Source: a virus
Virus record (IMG/VR): IMGVR_UViG_3300019132_000007
Span: 1-40,119 of that record
Direction: 5' to 3' (one strand)
Length of the DNA stretch: 40,119 nucleotides
Part shown: piece after piece, positions 13,527 to 22,166 of the stretch
How the letters are laid out: every line of letters begins with the position of its first letter
How positions within the stretch are numbered: the stretch's first letter is position 1
Notes under the pieces: model-generated
The model's database searches: none
What the model saw: only the letters and a program-made list of their open reading frames with translations
Told to the model about the DNA's origin: nothing
Made by a program: the position numbers and the translations under genes

Positions 13527-13790
13527 ATGGCTCCGGTTCTTGCGGCGGATCTGGAGGCGCAAATGAGCGGGGCGAAACGCAGTTTTATCGAATTCTGTGA
13601 GCAACAGGATAAACAAGAGCGACAAGAGCAATACGAGCGAAACCTTAAACAGAGCGAGAGAATAAATGAGCATAAGCACAGTGATATTGGGCGAATCGGG
13701 AACTGGAAAATCTGCCTCGATGCGCAACCTCGACCCGGCAAACACGTTACTGATTCAGGTCGTCAAGAAGCCACTCCCCTTCCGTTCTAA
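13527..13790 (+). CDS. Questionable ORF (87 aa) overlapping the ATPase gene by 125 nt
   Basis: The N-terminal part looks like a coiled coil (KRSFIEFCEQQDKQERQEQYERNLKQSERINE). The frame continues out of frame into the next gene, so the true extent is unclear. Confidence 0.25.
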   Translation: MAPVLAADLEAQMSGAKRSFIEFCEQQDKQERQEQYERNLKQSERINEHKHSDIGRIGNWKICLDAQPRPGKHVTDSGRQEATPLPF

Positions 13791-14325
13791 GGGATGGTCT
13801 TACTTCAACCCGGAGACCAACAAGACCGGAAACATTTTTGTTTCCGATGACTGGCAAGTAATCGGCACTCTGATGCGTAAGACAAAGCGCAGGGTGATCG
13901 TAATCGACGACTTCCAGTACGTGCTGGCTAACGAATTCATGCGCCGTTCCGAAGAACGCGGCTACGACAAGTTCACCGAGATTGCCAAACATGCGTGGGA
14001 AGTGTTCAACGCTGCCAACTCACTGCCCGACGATGTCCGCGTGTACCTCATGAGCCACACGGCGACGGACGAGCAAGGCAATACCAAGATCAAGACGATT
14101 GGAAAGATGCTGGACGAGAAGATTACCCCGGAAGGTCTTTTCACAATCGTCCTGCGGACTGTAGTCACCGACAAAGACTACTTCTTCAGCACCAAGAATA
14201 ACGGCCATGACACGGTAAAAGCCCCGATTGGCCTGTTTGATTCGGATCGCATTCCGAATGACCTCGCTGCCGTCGATGCGGCAATTTCATCCTACTACGA
14301 ACTGACAGGAGCAACAGAGCAATGA
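13666..14325 (+). CDS. Sak4-like RecA-core ATPase (AAA_24-type phage recombination protein)
   Basis: N-terminal Walker A VILGESGTGKS and Walker B-like VIVIDDFQ. The size and pairing with a downstream SSB-like gene are typical of Sak4 modules. Confidence 0.65.
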   Translation: MSISTVILGESGTGKSASMRNLDPANTLLIQVVKKPLPFRSKGWSYFNPETNKTGNIFVSDDWQVIGTLMRKTKRRVIVIDDFQYVLANEFMRRSEERGYDKFTEIAKHAWEVFNAANSLPDDVRVYLMSHTATDEQGNTKIKTIGKMLDEKITPEGLFTIVLRTVVTDKDYFFSTKNNGHDTVKAPIGLFDSDRIPNDLAAVDAAISSYYELTGATEQ

Positions 14326-14951
14326 GCGCATACACCCTTGACACTGAAGCAGCAAAGCAGGCAGACAACGGCAGCGGACGCATTCAGGAGACCGGCAAGT
14401 ATATCGGCCAGTTCACCAAGGCGAAGAAAGTCGTCAGCAACCAGGGCACGGAAGGCATCGAATTCAGCTTCGAATCGAACCACGGACAAAGTGCAGATTA
14501 CCTCTCCGTCTGGACGATCAACAAAGACGGCAAGCAAATCTACGGGTTCAAGCAGCTTATGGCGCTGATGACCTGTCTGCGCGTCAAGACCATCGACAGC
14601 AAGGCCGGCGAGGTCGAAGAGTACGACACTGTTGCAAAGCAGGTCGTCAAGCGCAAAGCAGAAATCTACCCTGCCCTGATGAACAAGCCCATCGGCGTTC
14701 TGCTGCAAATGGAAGAGTACGAGAAGAAAGACGGCTCTACTGGCGAGCGCCCCGTATTTGCCGGATTCTTCGATCCGCAGACCGAACAGACGGCAGCAGA
14801 AATCTTGGAAAAACGCGAGCCGGAAGCGCTGACAAAGATGGTTGCAAGCCTGGTGCCGATCAAGAAGCTGAAAGGTTCACGCCCCGCCCCGGCTGGCGAT
14901 CAGCAATATTCGACGCCGGATAACTTCGTTTCGGACGATATTTCCTTCTAA
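14322..14951 (+). CDS. DUF669-like single-stranded-DNA-binding protein with an SSB-type acidic tip
   Basis: ETGKYIGQFTKAKKVVSNQGTEGIEFSFES is a DUF669-like N-terminus. The C-terminus ...DNFVSDDISF mimics the bacterial SSB tail DDDIPF. ATGA coupling to the Sak4-like gene. Confidence 0.55.
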   Translation: MSAYTLDTEAAKQADNGSGRIQETGKYIGQFTKAKKVVSNQGTEGIEFSFESNHGQSADYLSVWTINKDGKQIYGFKQLMALMTCLRVKTIDSKAGEVEEYDTVAKQVVKRKAEIYPALMNKPIGVLLQMEEYEKKDGSTGERPVFAGFFDPQTEQTAAEILEKREPEALTKMVASLVPIKKLKGSRPAPAGDQQYSTPDNFVSDDISF

Positions 14952-14953
14952 TC

Positions 14954-15253
14954 ATGCTCGACCTTTCCACCATTCCGGAGGAAGTGCGCCTAGCCCGTGG
15001 GGAGTACGCCACGGTGCGGGCTGCGCACGAAGACGCCAAGAAGTCACTGCAGATGCTTTGCGGCTCCCTGTCGTCTACCGCCTCTCAGATTCTGCGCCGC
15101 ATGCAACCTGATAACGATGATGTACCGGATAGCGTCGAATCACTGATTGCCGGCGCTCGCAACACACTGGTTCTGATGGAGGCATGCGCAAATGAGATTG
15201 AGGCGCTTGCCAAGCAGCGGTCAGAGCTTAAGCCGAAAGCCTGGAGCAAATAG
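14954..15253 (+). CDS. Hypothetical protein (99 aa)
   Basis: ORF in the early-left operon chain. Confidence 0.5.
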   Translation: MLDLSTIPEEVRLARGEYATVRAAHEDAKKSLQMLCGSLSSTASQILRRMQPDNDDVPDSVESLIAGARNTLVLMEACANEIEALAKQRSELKPKAWSK

Positions 15254-15285
15254 CCATGGGCTGCGAATCCCGACAAGGAGCAAGC

Positions 15286-15765
15286 ATGAACGAAGCACTG
15301 AGCAATGCAAAGGAAGCGTTGGAAGGACTGCTTTCAGTAATCGACGCCGCAGGACTGATTAACCTGTCGAATGGAGTGCAGCTTGGCCAGACTGTCTGGT
15401 ATGTGAAGGCATCGGAAGCAGTTGAGTACGCCCGCGAAGCCCTATCCGCCCTCTCTAATCTCCCCAAGCTGGAGCATGAGCCAGAAGGAGTCGATTACGC
15501 GATCAAGCTACAGCGGATCATCGAGGCCATTTGCAACGGGGCGAAGCTGCCAGAGAGCGCATCTGATCTACACCACTACAAGATGGCTGAAACCTATCTC
15601 GCCTCTCCCTGCGCGAACGGGAAGGATGCGGAGCAGATCATCGAGCACATCGCCCGGTCATGGGACAAGTGTGTCTTCCACGGTGTCGGTGAGGACATCG
15701 ACATCGGCGCAAGCATCCGCGAACAGTACGCCGCCCTCGCGCAGAAAGGAGGCGGGAATGACTGA
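15286..15765 (+). CDS. Hypothetical protein (159 aa)
   Basis: AAGGAG RBS before ATG 15286. Confidence 0.5.
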   Translation: MNEALSNAKEALEGLLSVIDAAGLINLSNGVQLGQTVWYVKASEAVEYAREALSALSNLPKLEHEPEGVDYAIKLQRIIEAICNGAKLPESASDLHHYKMAETYLASPCANGKDAEQIIEHIARSWDKCVFHGVGEDIDIGASIREQYAALAQKGGGND

Positions 15766-16132
15766 CACACTGAAATCGGAGCTGCTGCACATTCTCCAGC
15801 ACTCGCTCGGACTCGACCAGTACGGGCAAGGTCGCCAATACCGAAATCATTTTGTTGCCGGGGGCGAGAACATCGCCCGGTGCCGGGAACTTGTCAGCCT
15901 CGGGCATATGGTCGAGCACGAACCGAGCTTTCTGACGGGCGGCTCGCTGTGGTTTTCCGTGACTCCGAAAGGCATTAACGCCGTAGCGCTCGAAAGCCCG
16001 AAGCCGCCGAAATTGACACGCGGCCAGCAGCGCTACCGGGAATATCTCGATGCTGATGGTGCATTCGCCAGCTTCGGCGATTTCCTGAAGCATCTGAGCG
16101 CCAAGACTAGGGAGTCTCACCATGACCGCTAA
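15758..16132 (+). CDS. Hypothetical protein (124 aa)
   Basis: AAGGAGG RBS. MTDTLKSELLHILQHSLGLDQYGQGRQYRNHF. Confidence 0.5.
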   Translation: MTDTLKSELLHILQHSLGLDQYGQGRQYRNHFVAGGENIARCRELVSLGHMVEHEPSFLTGGSLWFSVTPKGINAVALESPKPPKLTRGQQRYREYLDADGAFASFGDFLKHLSAKTRESHHDR

Positions 16133-16457
16133 CACCAATACCGACAAACTGGCACAAAAGGACACGAGCATGAAAGTGATCGAGATTCACGAAGTGCGCG
16201 AGCAGGTGCGCGCAAAACTGAAGGCCGAAGGCTATTCCGGCCTGTACTGCGATGGCGAATGCGGATGCACGATTGACGATCTAATGCCGTGCGATGTGGC
16301 CGAGAAGGACGGGGACGAAGAGTACGTCAATGGCTGCGAGAGCGGCTATAAGCATGTCGATCCAAAAAACCCTGAACTGTGGGTCGTAAGCCCAAACAAG
16401 GAGCCGCCCTCCGAAGAGAGGTGGGAGATATGGCGCGCACAGTGGCTGGAGCTGTAA
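16122..16457 (+). CDS. Hypothetical Cys-rich acidic protein (111 aa; alternative start 16170)
   Basis: GLYCDGECGCTIDDLMPCD...NGCESGYKH. Confidence 0.45.
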   Translation: MTANTNTDKLAQKDTSMKVIEIHEVREQVRAKLKAEGYSGLYCDGECGCTIDDLMPCDVAEKDGDEEYVNGCESGYKHVDPKNPELWVVSPNKEPPSEERWEIWRAQWLEL

Positions 16458-16966
16458 TGAATACCGACCAACTGGCACAGCGCATCTCGGAGCTGCCGAA
16501 GCCTGATATTCGCATTGACGCGTTTGGCGACATCCTGCCAACAGATGGCCGCACGTTCGTCATGGGCGACTACTACTCAACCGAGCAAATGCGCGCCGCA
16601 CAGGCTCCACTAATCGAGCGGATCAATGAACTGGAAGAAAAGAACCGAAAGCTTGAAGAGCGCTGTAGTCCAAACAAAGTCGTGATGATAGGTGATGCAG
16701 GACATTATGTGTCTGAGGGAGTCGGTTCGTATATAGAAGAACTGGAACGGCAGAACGCGGGGTTGCGGGAGGACGCCGAAATCGGGCAGTTCTTTATGTC
16801 GCTTGCCAAGCAAAACAGCGCAACTAGCTGGCCGCGCCTTTGGAAAATTGAGTGGTGCGGATATGCGCAAACACGGGAAGCCGACAACAAGCTGTATGAC
16901 TGGGCATTGCGAGATGCTATTTGTGTCGCCCTCGCATCCTCTCAACAACAGGGAGAACAGGCATGA
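16457..16966 (+). CDS. Hypothetical protein (169 aa)
   Basis: TAATG overlap with the upstream stop. Coiled-coil segment INELEEKNRKLEER. Confidence 0.5.
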   Translation: MNTDQLAQRISELPKPDIRIDAFGDILPTDGRTFVMGDYYSTEQMRAAQAPLIERINELEEKNRKLEERCSPNKVVMIGDAGHYVSEGVGSYIEELERQNAGLREDAEIGQFFMSLAKQNSATSWPRLWKIEWCGYAQTREADNKLYDWALRDAICVALASSQQQGEQA

Positions 16967-17148
16967 AAGCGCAATTCATTGTGACCATCGAAGGCACTTG
17001 GATGGAAGGCGACAAGAAAGCGACCAAGGCAATGATCCAGCAGGAACTTCGCAAAGTCGTTAAGGATGGGTTCGAGTTCCTTGCTGATCGCGTTACGGTC
17101 AAGAGGCACAAGCCGGACGCCGCAACCAATCAGGGAGGACAGCAATGA
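16963..17148 (+). CDS. Hypothetical protein (61 aa)
   Basis: ATGA overlap. MKAQFIVTIEGTWMEGDKKATKAMIQQELRK. Confidence 0.45.
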   Translation: MKAQFIVTIEGTWMEGDKKATKAMIQQELRKVVKDGFEFLADRVTVKRHKPDAATNQGGQQ

Positions 17149-17309
17149 CGATCCAGATTATCAAGCAGCCGCCGCTGCGCATGACGCAAACCGACCTTGA
17201 CCGTTATCGAGCTGAGTACCAGCAAACATACATGTGCTATAGCGGCACGCCGCCAGCATTCGAGGATTGGGTTCGGGAGAAGGTAACTGAAAAGGATTGC
17301 AAGAAATGA
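17145..17309 (+). CDS. Hypothetical protein (54 aa)
   Basis: AGGGAGG RBS with ATGA overlaps at both ends. Too short for the ORF track. Confidence 0.45.
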   Translation: MTIQIIKQPPLRMTQTDLDRYRAEYQQTYMCYSGTPPAFEDWVREKVTEKDCKK

Positions 17310-18625
17310 ACATCGACATCAAGAAAATGGTTGACCGTTTCCTTGGCTGGAAGCTGCCCGAGGACTTTGCGCCGGACTGCGGCATCTCGTTCAAGCGCGA
17401 AAGCGACTATGAGCATCCGGTGTACGGACGCACCAAATTCGAACCGATTGGTACGAACCTGTTTAGCGCAGACCAAGCCCGTGCGATGTTTGAATATGTG
17501 CTGCATGACGCTATCTCCGCCGCACCAGCAGCGACAGCGCAGCCTGACAGTGAGCGGGAGGAACTTGAAGCCGAGCTTGCATGGCACAAAGAAGCACTGA
17601 AGCGGCATGTCGCCAAGCTGGAAGCTGTATGGGAAGAGGTTAATCGGCTGCGCGCCCTCACCGCCCCGCAGGATGCGCAGGAGCGGGATGCAATTATCGA
17701 GGAATGCGCTGCCCTTGCGGATAAAGAGTATGACGCAGCACGCGCACGCTTCAATCTCGGACAAGAGTGGTCAGCATGGACTATTGCGAGTGCCATTCGT
17801 GCATTGAAGTCAGCACAGCCAGCAGACAAGCCACAGCGCAAGTGGACTGGCGTAGGCGAATTGGAGCGCACCGGGTACATCCCTGCCGGGAGCGCGGCAG
17901 AGCGTGAAGCGGAAAATAAGCCGGAAGGCAAGGCCGAGCATCCGTGTGCAAATCGGTGTCAGTTCGCACAAGACGTAGCGATGCCTGAGTATAGCTGCGG
18001 TGGAGAATGCCAGTACGACAAGTGCAACAAGGCCGAGCAGCAGCAGCCGGAGCCGGACTATTGCCCGAATTGCCGTGGCACTGGTGAAACCACCGTGATG
18101 AGCGACAACGGTCCGGACGCCTATGAAGTGCCTGTCGTTTGCCCATTCTGCGAAGGCCATCAGACATTGGAGGCTGCATTTCGTGGGGCGTGCAAATTGC
18201 TGGATGCGGAGCAGAAGAAATACCTGAAAGCGTGCGGCGAAATCTGGCGGATGAGTCCTTCCCGCCCACCCGCGCAGCCGCAGGGACTGAGCGAGCAAGA
18301 AATCGCCGGGCTGGCCGTCTTGCACGGCAACCTGCGGACGGAACAGCACGGTAAAAAGCTGGTCGAGTTCGCGGCTGACAAGCTGATGGATTTCGCAAAT
18401 GCACTTCTCTCCCACCAGAGCGGGGAGGATAAGAGGGATGCAGAAAGGTGGCGTGAAGCCCTGCGGCACATTGGCGGCACACACACGGATACTGGCGCAC
18501 AGCGATTCACACTCCGGTACTTGTCGCCAGTTGAAGGCGCAAACATCATGCAAGGTAGCGTTGCCGGTCACTTCACAGACGCCATTGACGCAGCGCTGGC
18601 AGCGCAGGGAAAGGATGGGGAATGA
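17306..18625 (+). CDS. Large multidomain hypothetical protein (439 aa) with a DnaJ-type CxxCxGxG zinc-finger segment
   Basis: CPNCRGTGETTV...VVCPFCEGHQ, plus a coiled-coil segment and Cys-rich CANRCQ...CGGECQYDKC. Confidence 0.55.
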   Translation: MNIDIKKMVDRFLGWKLPEDFAPDCGISFKRESDYEHPVYGRTKFEPIGTNLFSADQARAMFEYVLHDAISAAPAATAQPDSEREELEAELAWHKEALKRHVAKLEAVWEEVNRLRALTAPQDAQERDAIIEECAALADKEYDAARARFNLGQEWSAWTIASAIRALKSAQPADKPQRKWTGVGELERTGYIPAGSAAEREAENKPEGKAEHPCANRCQFAQDVAMPEYSCGGECQYDKCNKAEQQQPEPDYCPNCRGTGETTVMSDNGPDAYEVPVVCPFCEGHQTLEAAFRGACKLLDAEQKKYLKACGEIWRMSPSRPPAQPQGLSEQEIAGLAVLHGNLRTEQHGKKLVEFAADKLMDFANALLSHQSGEDKRDAERWREALRHIGGTHTDTGAQRFTLRYLSPVEGANIMQGSVAGHFTDAIDAALAAQGKDGE

Positions 18626-18828
18626 TCTGGTGCCGACTGTTCCATAAGGTTGGGAAGTGGGCGTCGCCCAAGTGGGCCAGCGACGGCAAATTGTTTCAGG
18701 TCAGGATGTGCGAAACCTGCGGGAAATTCCAGGTTCGTTTTGTCGACGGGGTGGAGCGCAAAGCTACTGCCCAGGGGGCAGCAGATCACGACGCCGCGCC
18801 GACAGCGCGGGGAAAGGTCCAACAATGA
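18622..18828 (+). CDS. Hypothetical protein (68 aa)
   Basis: ATGA overlaps at both ends. Contains a CETCGKF motif. Confidence 0.4.
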   Translation: MIWCRLFHKVGKWASPKWASDGKLFQVRMCETCGKFQVRFVDGVERKATAQGAADHDAAPTARGKVQQ

Positions 18829-19217
18829 CAGACATACTGGAAGAGAAAGAGCGGGCGGATTTCGAGAAAGCGTATGCAGAGCGCTTCCCGTTCGGTTCTG
18901 CTCGATTCAAGTTCAAGCGCGACGAGCTGGGCGACTATGAGGATGGCCGCACCTTCGCAGCATGGGAGATGTGGAAGATCGCTCGCCGCTCGCAGCCTGA
19001 AGGGTGGATAAGCGTGGAGGATCGGTTGCCACCAGCGTGTGCAAATGTGTTTGCTTGGAAGGCCCAATGGAATGGGAGGCGTCGCGAATACGGGGCCGTC
19101 GTATGTTACATCTCTTGCTTCCCGCGTGAATGCGTTGAAGAGGATGAGATTACCCACTGGATGCCACTACCAGCTCCGCCAATCGCCGCCGCACCTGGGA
19201 ATGGGAGGGAGGGGTGA
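18825..19217 (+). CDS. DUF551-domain protein (130 aa)
   Basis: The C-terminal WISVEDRLPP...ITHWMPLPAPP pattern is characteristic of DUF551. Confidence 0.55.
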   Translation: MTDILEEKERADFEKAYAERFPFGSARFKFKRDELGDYEDGRTFAAWEMWKIARRSQPEGWISVEDRLPPACANVFAWKAQWNGRRREYGAVVCYISCFPRECVEEDEITHWMPLPAPPIAAAPGNGREG

Positions 19218-20548
19218 AGTATCTCTCAGTGTGCAGCGGTATAGAAGCGGCCACCGTCGCCTGGCATCCGCTCGGCTGGCAGCCGGCCGCGTTTAGCGAG
19301 ATCGAGCCGTTCCCCTGCTCCGTCCTCGCTCACCATTACCCGACCGTCCCGAACCTGGGCGACATGACGAAATTCAAGGAGTGGAATCTTGACCCAATTG
19401 ACCTTCTTGTCGGAGGAACCCCTTGCCAGTCCTTCAGCGTCGCAGGACTTCGAAAGGGACTGGATGACCCGCGTGGCAACCTCATGCTCACCTATCTTGC
19501 CATTGCTGACAAATATCGCCCCCGTTGGCTGGTTTGGGAAAACGTCCCCGGTGTCCTGTCATCTAACGGCGGAAAAGATTTTGGCACCCTCCTCGGAGGG
19601 ATGGCAGAACTCGGGTATGGGTTCGCCTACCGCGTTCTTGACGCTCAATACGTCCGAGTGGAATCACACTCTCGCGCCGTCCCTCAGCGACGTCGGCGTG
19701 TGTTCGTTGTCGGATATTTTGGAGACTGGCGCCGTGCCGCAGCGGTACTTTTTGAGCGCGAAAGCCTGTGCGGAAATCCTCCGCCGAGCAGAAAAGCGTG
19801 GAAAGACGTTGCCCCTACCCTTAGCTCGCGCACTAAAGGCGGTGGCGGACTCGGAACAGACTTTGACCTCGATGGCGGACTGATCCATGCCCCTGAGGTC
19901 GCGCGTTGCGTCGCAACGCGCGAGGGAACTTCTCAGGACTGGGAAACGACAACGATGGTTGCCCATACCCTTCTAGGTAAAGCGAATTGCAGCCACGACA
20001 CTACGCTTGAAACGTATGTTGCTCATTCACTGCGCGGCGAAGGCTTTGACGCGAGCGAGGATGGAACCGGGCGCGGAACGCCGCTGGTGCCGGTGGCGAT
20101 TCAGGCCGGGGCAATAAAGGAAAACCCGAACATAGGCCCCGACGGCGCCGGGATTCGGACCGATGGCGTTACCTACACGCTGGAGGCGCGAGCAGAGGTT
20201 CAAGCGGTTGCCTTCGACTGCAAAGCATCCGGCCAAGCTGGGTTCGGACTCGGCGATGTCGCCTCGACGATGCGCAGCATGGGGCACGCCAACTCGCACC
20301 AGAACGGCGGCGGGCACCAGGCTGTAATGGTCGATATGCAGGTCCGGCGCCTCACGCCGATGGAATGTGAGCGCCTTCAGGGCTTCCCCGATCAGCACAC
20401 CTTGGTCCCCGTCGGTCGCAGCATGGCAAAGGACGGGCCGCGCTATAAGGCGTTGGGGAACTCGATGGCCGTAAATGTGATGTCCTGGATCGGCCGCCGG
20501 ATTCAATCAGTAGACGACCTCACCAGGTCAGTGAAGCAAGCCGCATAG
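19214..20548 (+). CDS. DNA (cytosine-5)-methyltransferase, orphan
   Basis: Motif I SVCSGIE, motif IV GGTPCQSFS, ENVPG, QRRRRVFVVG, then a roughly 200-aa variable region, then RRLTPMECERLQGFP and GNSMAVNV. No restriction endonuclease gene lies adjacent. Confidence 0.9.
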   Translation: MKYLSVCSGIEAATVAWHPLGWQPAAFSEIEPFPCSVLAHHYPTVPNLGDMTKFKEWNLDPIDLLVGGTPCQSFSVAGLRKGLDDPRGNLMLTYLAIADKYRPRWLVWENVPGVLSSNGGKDFGTLLGGMAELGYGFAYRVLDAQYVRVESHSRAVPQRRRRVFVVGYFGDWRRAAAVLFERESLCGNPPPSRKAWKDVAPTLSSRTKGGGGLGTDFDLDGGLIHAPEVARCVATREGTSQDWETTTMVAHTLLGKANCSHDTTLETYVAHSLRGEGFDASEDGTGRGTPLVPVAIQAGAIKENPNIGPDGAGIRTDGVTYTLEARAEVQAVAFDCKASGQAGFGLGDVASTMRSMGHANSHQNGGGHQAVMVDMQVRRLTPMECERLQGFPDQHTLVPVGRSMAKDGPRYKALGNSMAVNVMSWIGRRIQSVDDLTRSVKQAA

Positions 20549-20563
20549 GCAACGGAGGGAAGA

Positions 20564-20752
20564 ATGAGCGCTATCGCACCAGGAAAACTGATACCGGTCA
20601 TTGAGTGGGCAAAGCAGAAGTTCGACTTGCGGATTCCGCATCCGAACACTCTGCGCCGCTGGATTCACGAAGGCCGGATCTACCCCAAAGCGACGAAAGT
20701 TGGTAAAAACTGGTTTGTGCCGGCCAATGCCGAATATCAGGGTGATGAATGA
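20564..20752 (+). CDS. xis: Excisionase (lambda Xis-like)
   Basis: 62 aa. LIPVIEWAKQKFDLRIPHPNTLRRWIHEGRIYPKATKVGKNWFV. The stop overlaps the int start. Confidence 0.7.
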   Translation: MSAIAPGKLIPVIEWAKQKFDLRIPHPNTLRRWIHEGRIYPKATKVGKNWFVPANAEYQGDE

Positions 20753-21849
20753 ACGCACGCAGACGCGATTCGAAGCGTAAGGGCTTCCCGCCGAACCTGT
20801 ACTGCAAGCCGGACGGCTATTTCTGGTACAGGAACCCGGAGAACGGGAAAACCAAGGGGCTTGGCCGCGACAGGCAGGACGCCTTCCGGCAGGCCCGCTT
20901 GGCAAATGCCGCCCTCGCCGCAGCTGGCGAACTGAATCTCGCGGATTGGGTAATGGGCAAGGACGGCAAGACCATGTCAGATTGGGCATTGGAGTACCAG
21001 GGCATTTACATTGACACGCGCGGCGCCGCCGCAAACACCATCGCAACGCTCAAGACCTGCATTCGAGCGATTCGCGCAGCAGAGTTTGCCAAGAAGCCGC
21101 TTGATCGCGTCACGACCAAGGATGTGTCCGAATTCCTTGATCACGCCACCGAGAACCGAGGCCCGAGGATGAGCGTGCAAATTCGCAGCTACCTTGAGGA
21201 TATGTTCCGGGAGGCAGCGACAAAGGGACTTGTGGATAGCAGCTTCAATCCTGTTACCGTCACACGCAAGGCTCAAGTCGAGGTTATGCGCGATCGACTA
21301 TCGCTAGAGCAGTTCCTGGCGATCCGGGCGCACGCAAAGGGCTGGCTGGCGAACGCAATGAACCTCGCACTTGTGTCTGCACAGCGCCGGGAAGACCTCG
21401 CCCTCGCTCGATTTTCCGACGTCAAAGACGGCTGCTGGTATGTTGAACAGGGCAAGACCGGGATGAAGATTCGAATTCACCTTACCCTGCGCCTCGCCGC
21501 GATTGGGCTGACCGTTGGCGATGTCATCAAGCAGTGCCGGGATAACGTGGTGAGCCAATACTTGATCCACCACCCGAAAAACACAACGCTGAGCAAGGCA
21601 GGCGATCCCGTCTGGAAAGACACCATCTCCAAGGGATTCGCCAAGGCCCGTACAAAGGCTGGCATCACCTGGCAGGAAGGAAAGGAGCCGCCGACCTTCC
21701 ATGAAATCCGCTCGCTGGCGGAACGCCTATACGAGAAGGAATATGGCCGGCCGTTCGCTCAGAAACTGCTCGGCCACAAGTCCGAAAAGATGACGTCGAT
21801 GTATGCGGATTCGCGCGGTTCCGACTGGCTAGATGTCGGGGTAGGTTGA
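20749..21849 (+). CDS. int: Tyrosine integrase (lambda Int-like, with an N-terminal arm-binding domain)
   Basis: N-terminus LYCKPDGYFWYRNPENGKTKGLG. Catalytic region RREDL...HEIRSLAERLY...LLGHKSEKMTSMY. Confidence 0.9.
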   Translation: MNARRRDSKRKGFPPNLYCKPDGYFWYRNPENGKTKGLGRDRQDAFRQARLANAALAAAGELNLADWVMGKDGKTMSDWALEYQGIYIDTRGAAANTIATLKTCIRAIRAAEFAKKPLDRVTTKDVSEFLDHATENRGPRMSVQIRSYLEDMFREAATKGLVDSSFNPVTVTRKAQVEVMRDRLSLEQFLAIRAHAKGWLANAMNLALVSAQRREDLALARFSDVKDGCWYVEQGKTGMKIRIHLTLRLAAIGLTVGDVIKQCRDNVVSQYLIHHPKNTTLSKAGDPVWKDTISKGFAKARTKAGITWQEGKEPPTFHEIRSLAERLYEKEYGRPFAQKLLGHKSEKMTSMYADSRGSDWLDVGVG

Positions 21850-22060
21850 AATTATTTTGGACGAATATTGGACGACTTTTGTACGATGGGCGGGAACCCG
21901 CATGAAATCTAGCTCGGCAGCCAAATCCTTATACTGCCCATGCAGACGAAGAGTATTGATGTTTTTTCCTTTGTATTCATGGGGTTACGTCGCTTTCGTT
22001 GGTGTTTATACAGTACCCCATACAGCACTGTATGTAACTATAGAAATCAATGAGTTACAA
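21850..22060. other. Candidate attP region
   Basis: AT-rich non-coding DNA directly after int. Tandem TTGGACGA repeats at 21858-21865 and 21869-21876. ATACAGT...ACTGTAT dyad at about 22007-22033. Confidence 0.4.
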
Positions 22061-22166
22061 CTGGATTTTTGACGCGCGGTTTGCCTTTTATCGCACGAAG
22101 GTGGAGTTAGCACCTAGACAAAGCTCAATGTTGGTTTGCAATTTTTCGCCGCGAGGCAAGGGAGGG

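Noticed and set aside
17237-18571. Minus-strand ORFs 17237-17764, 17407-17931, 17781-18500, 17810-18571 and 18160-18549
   Set aside because: They are antisense shadows of the 439-aa plus-strand gene, which sits in a tightly coupled plus-strand operon.
20027-21046. Minus-strand ORFs 20027-20506 and 20528-21046 opposite the methyltransferase, xis and int genes
   Set aside because: They are antisense to genes with unambiguous catalytic motifs.
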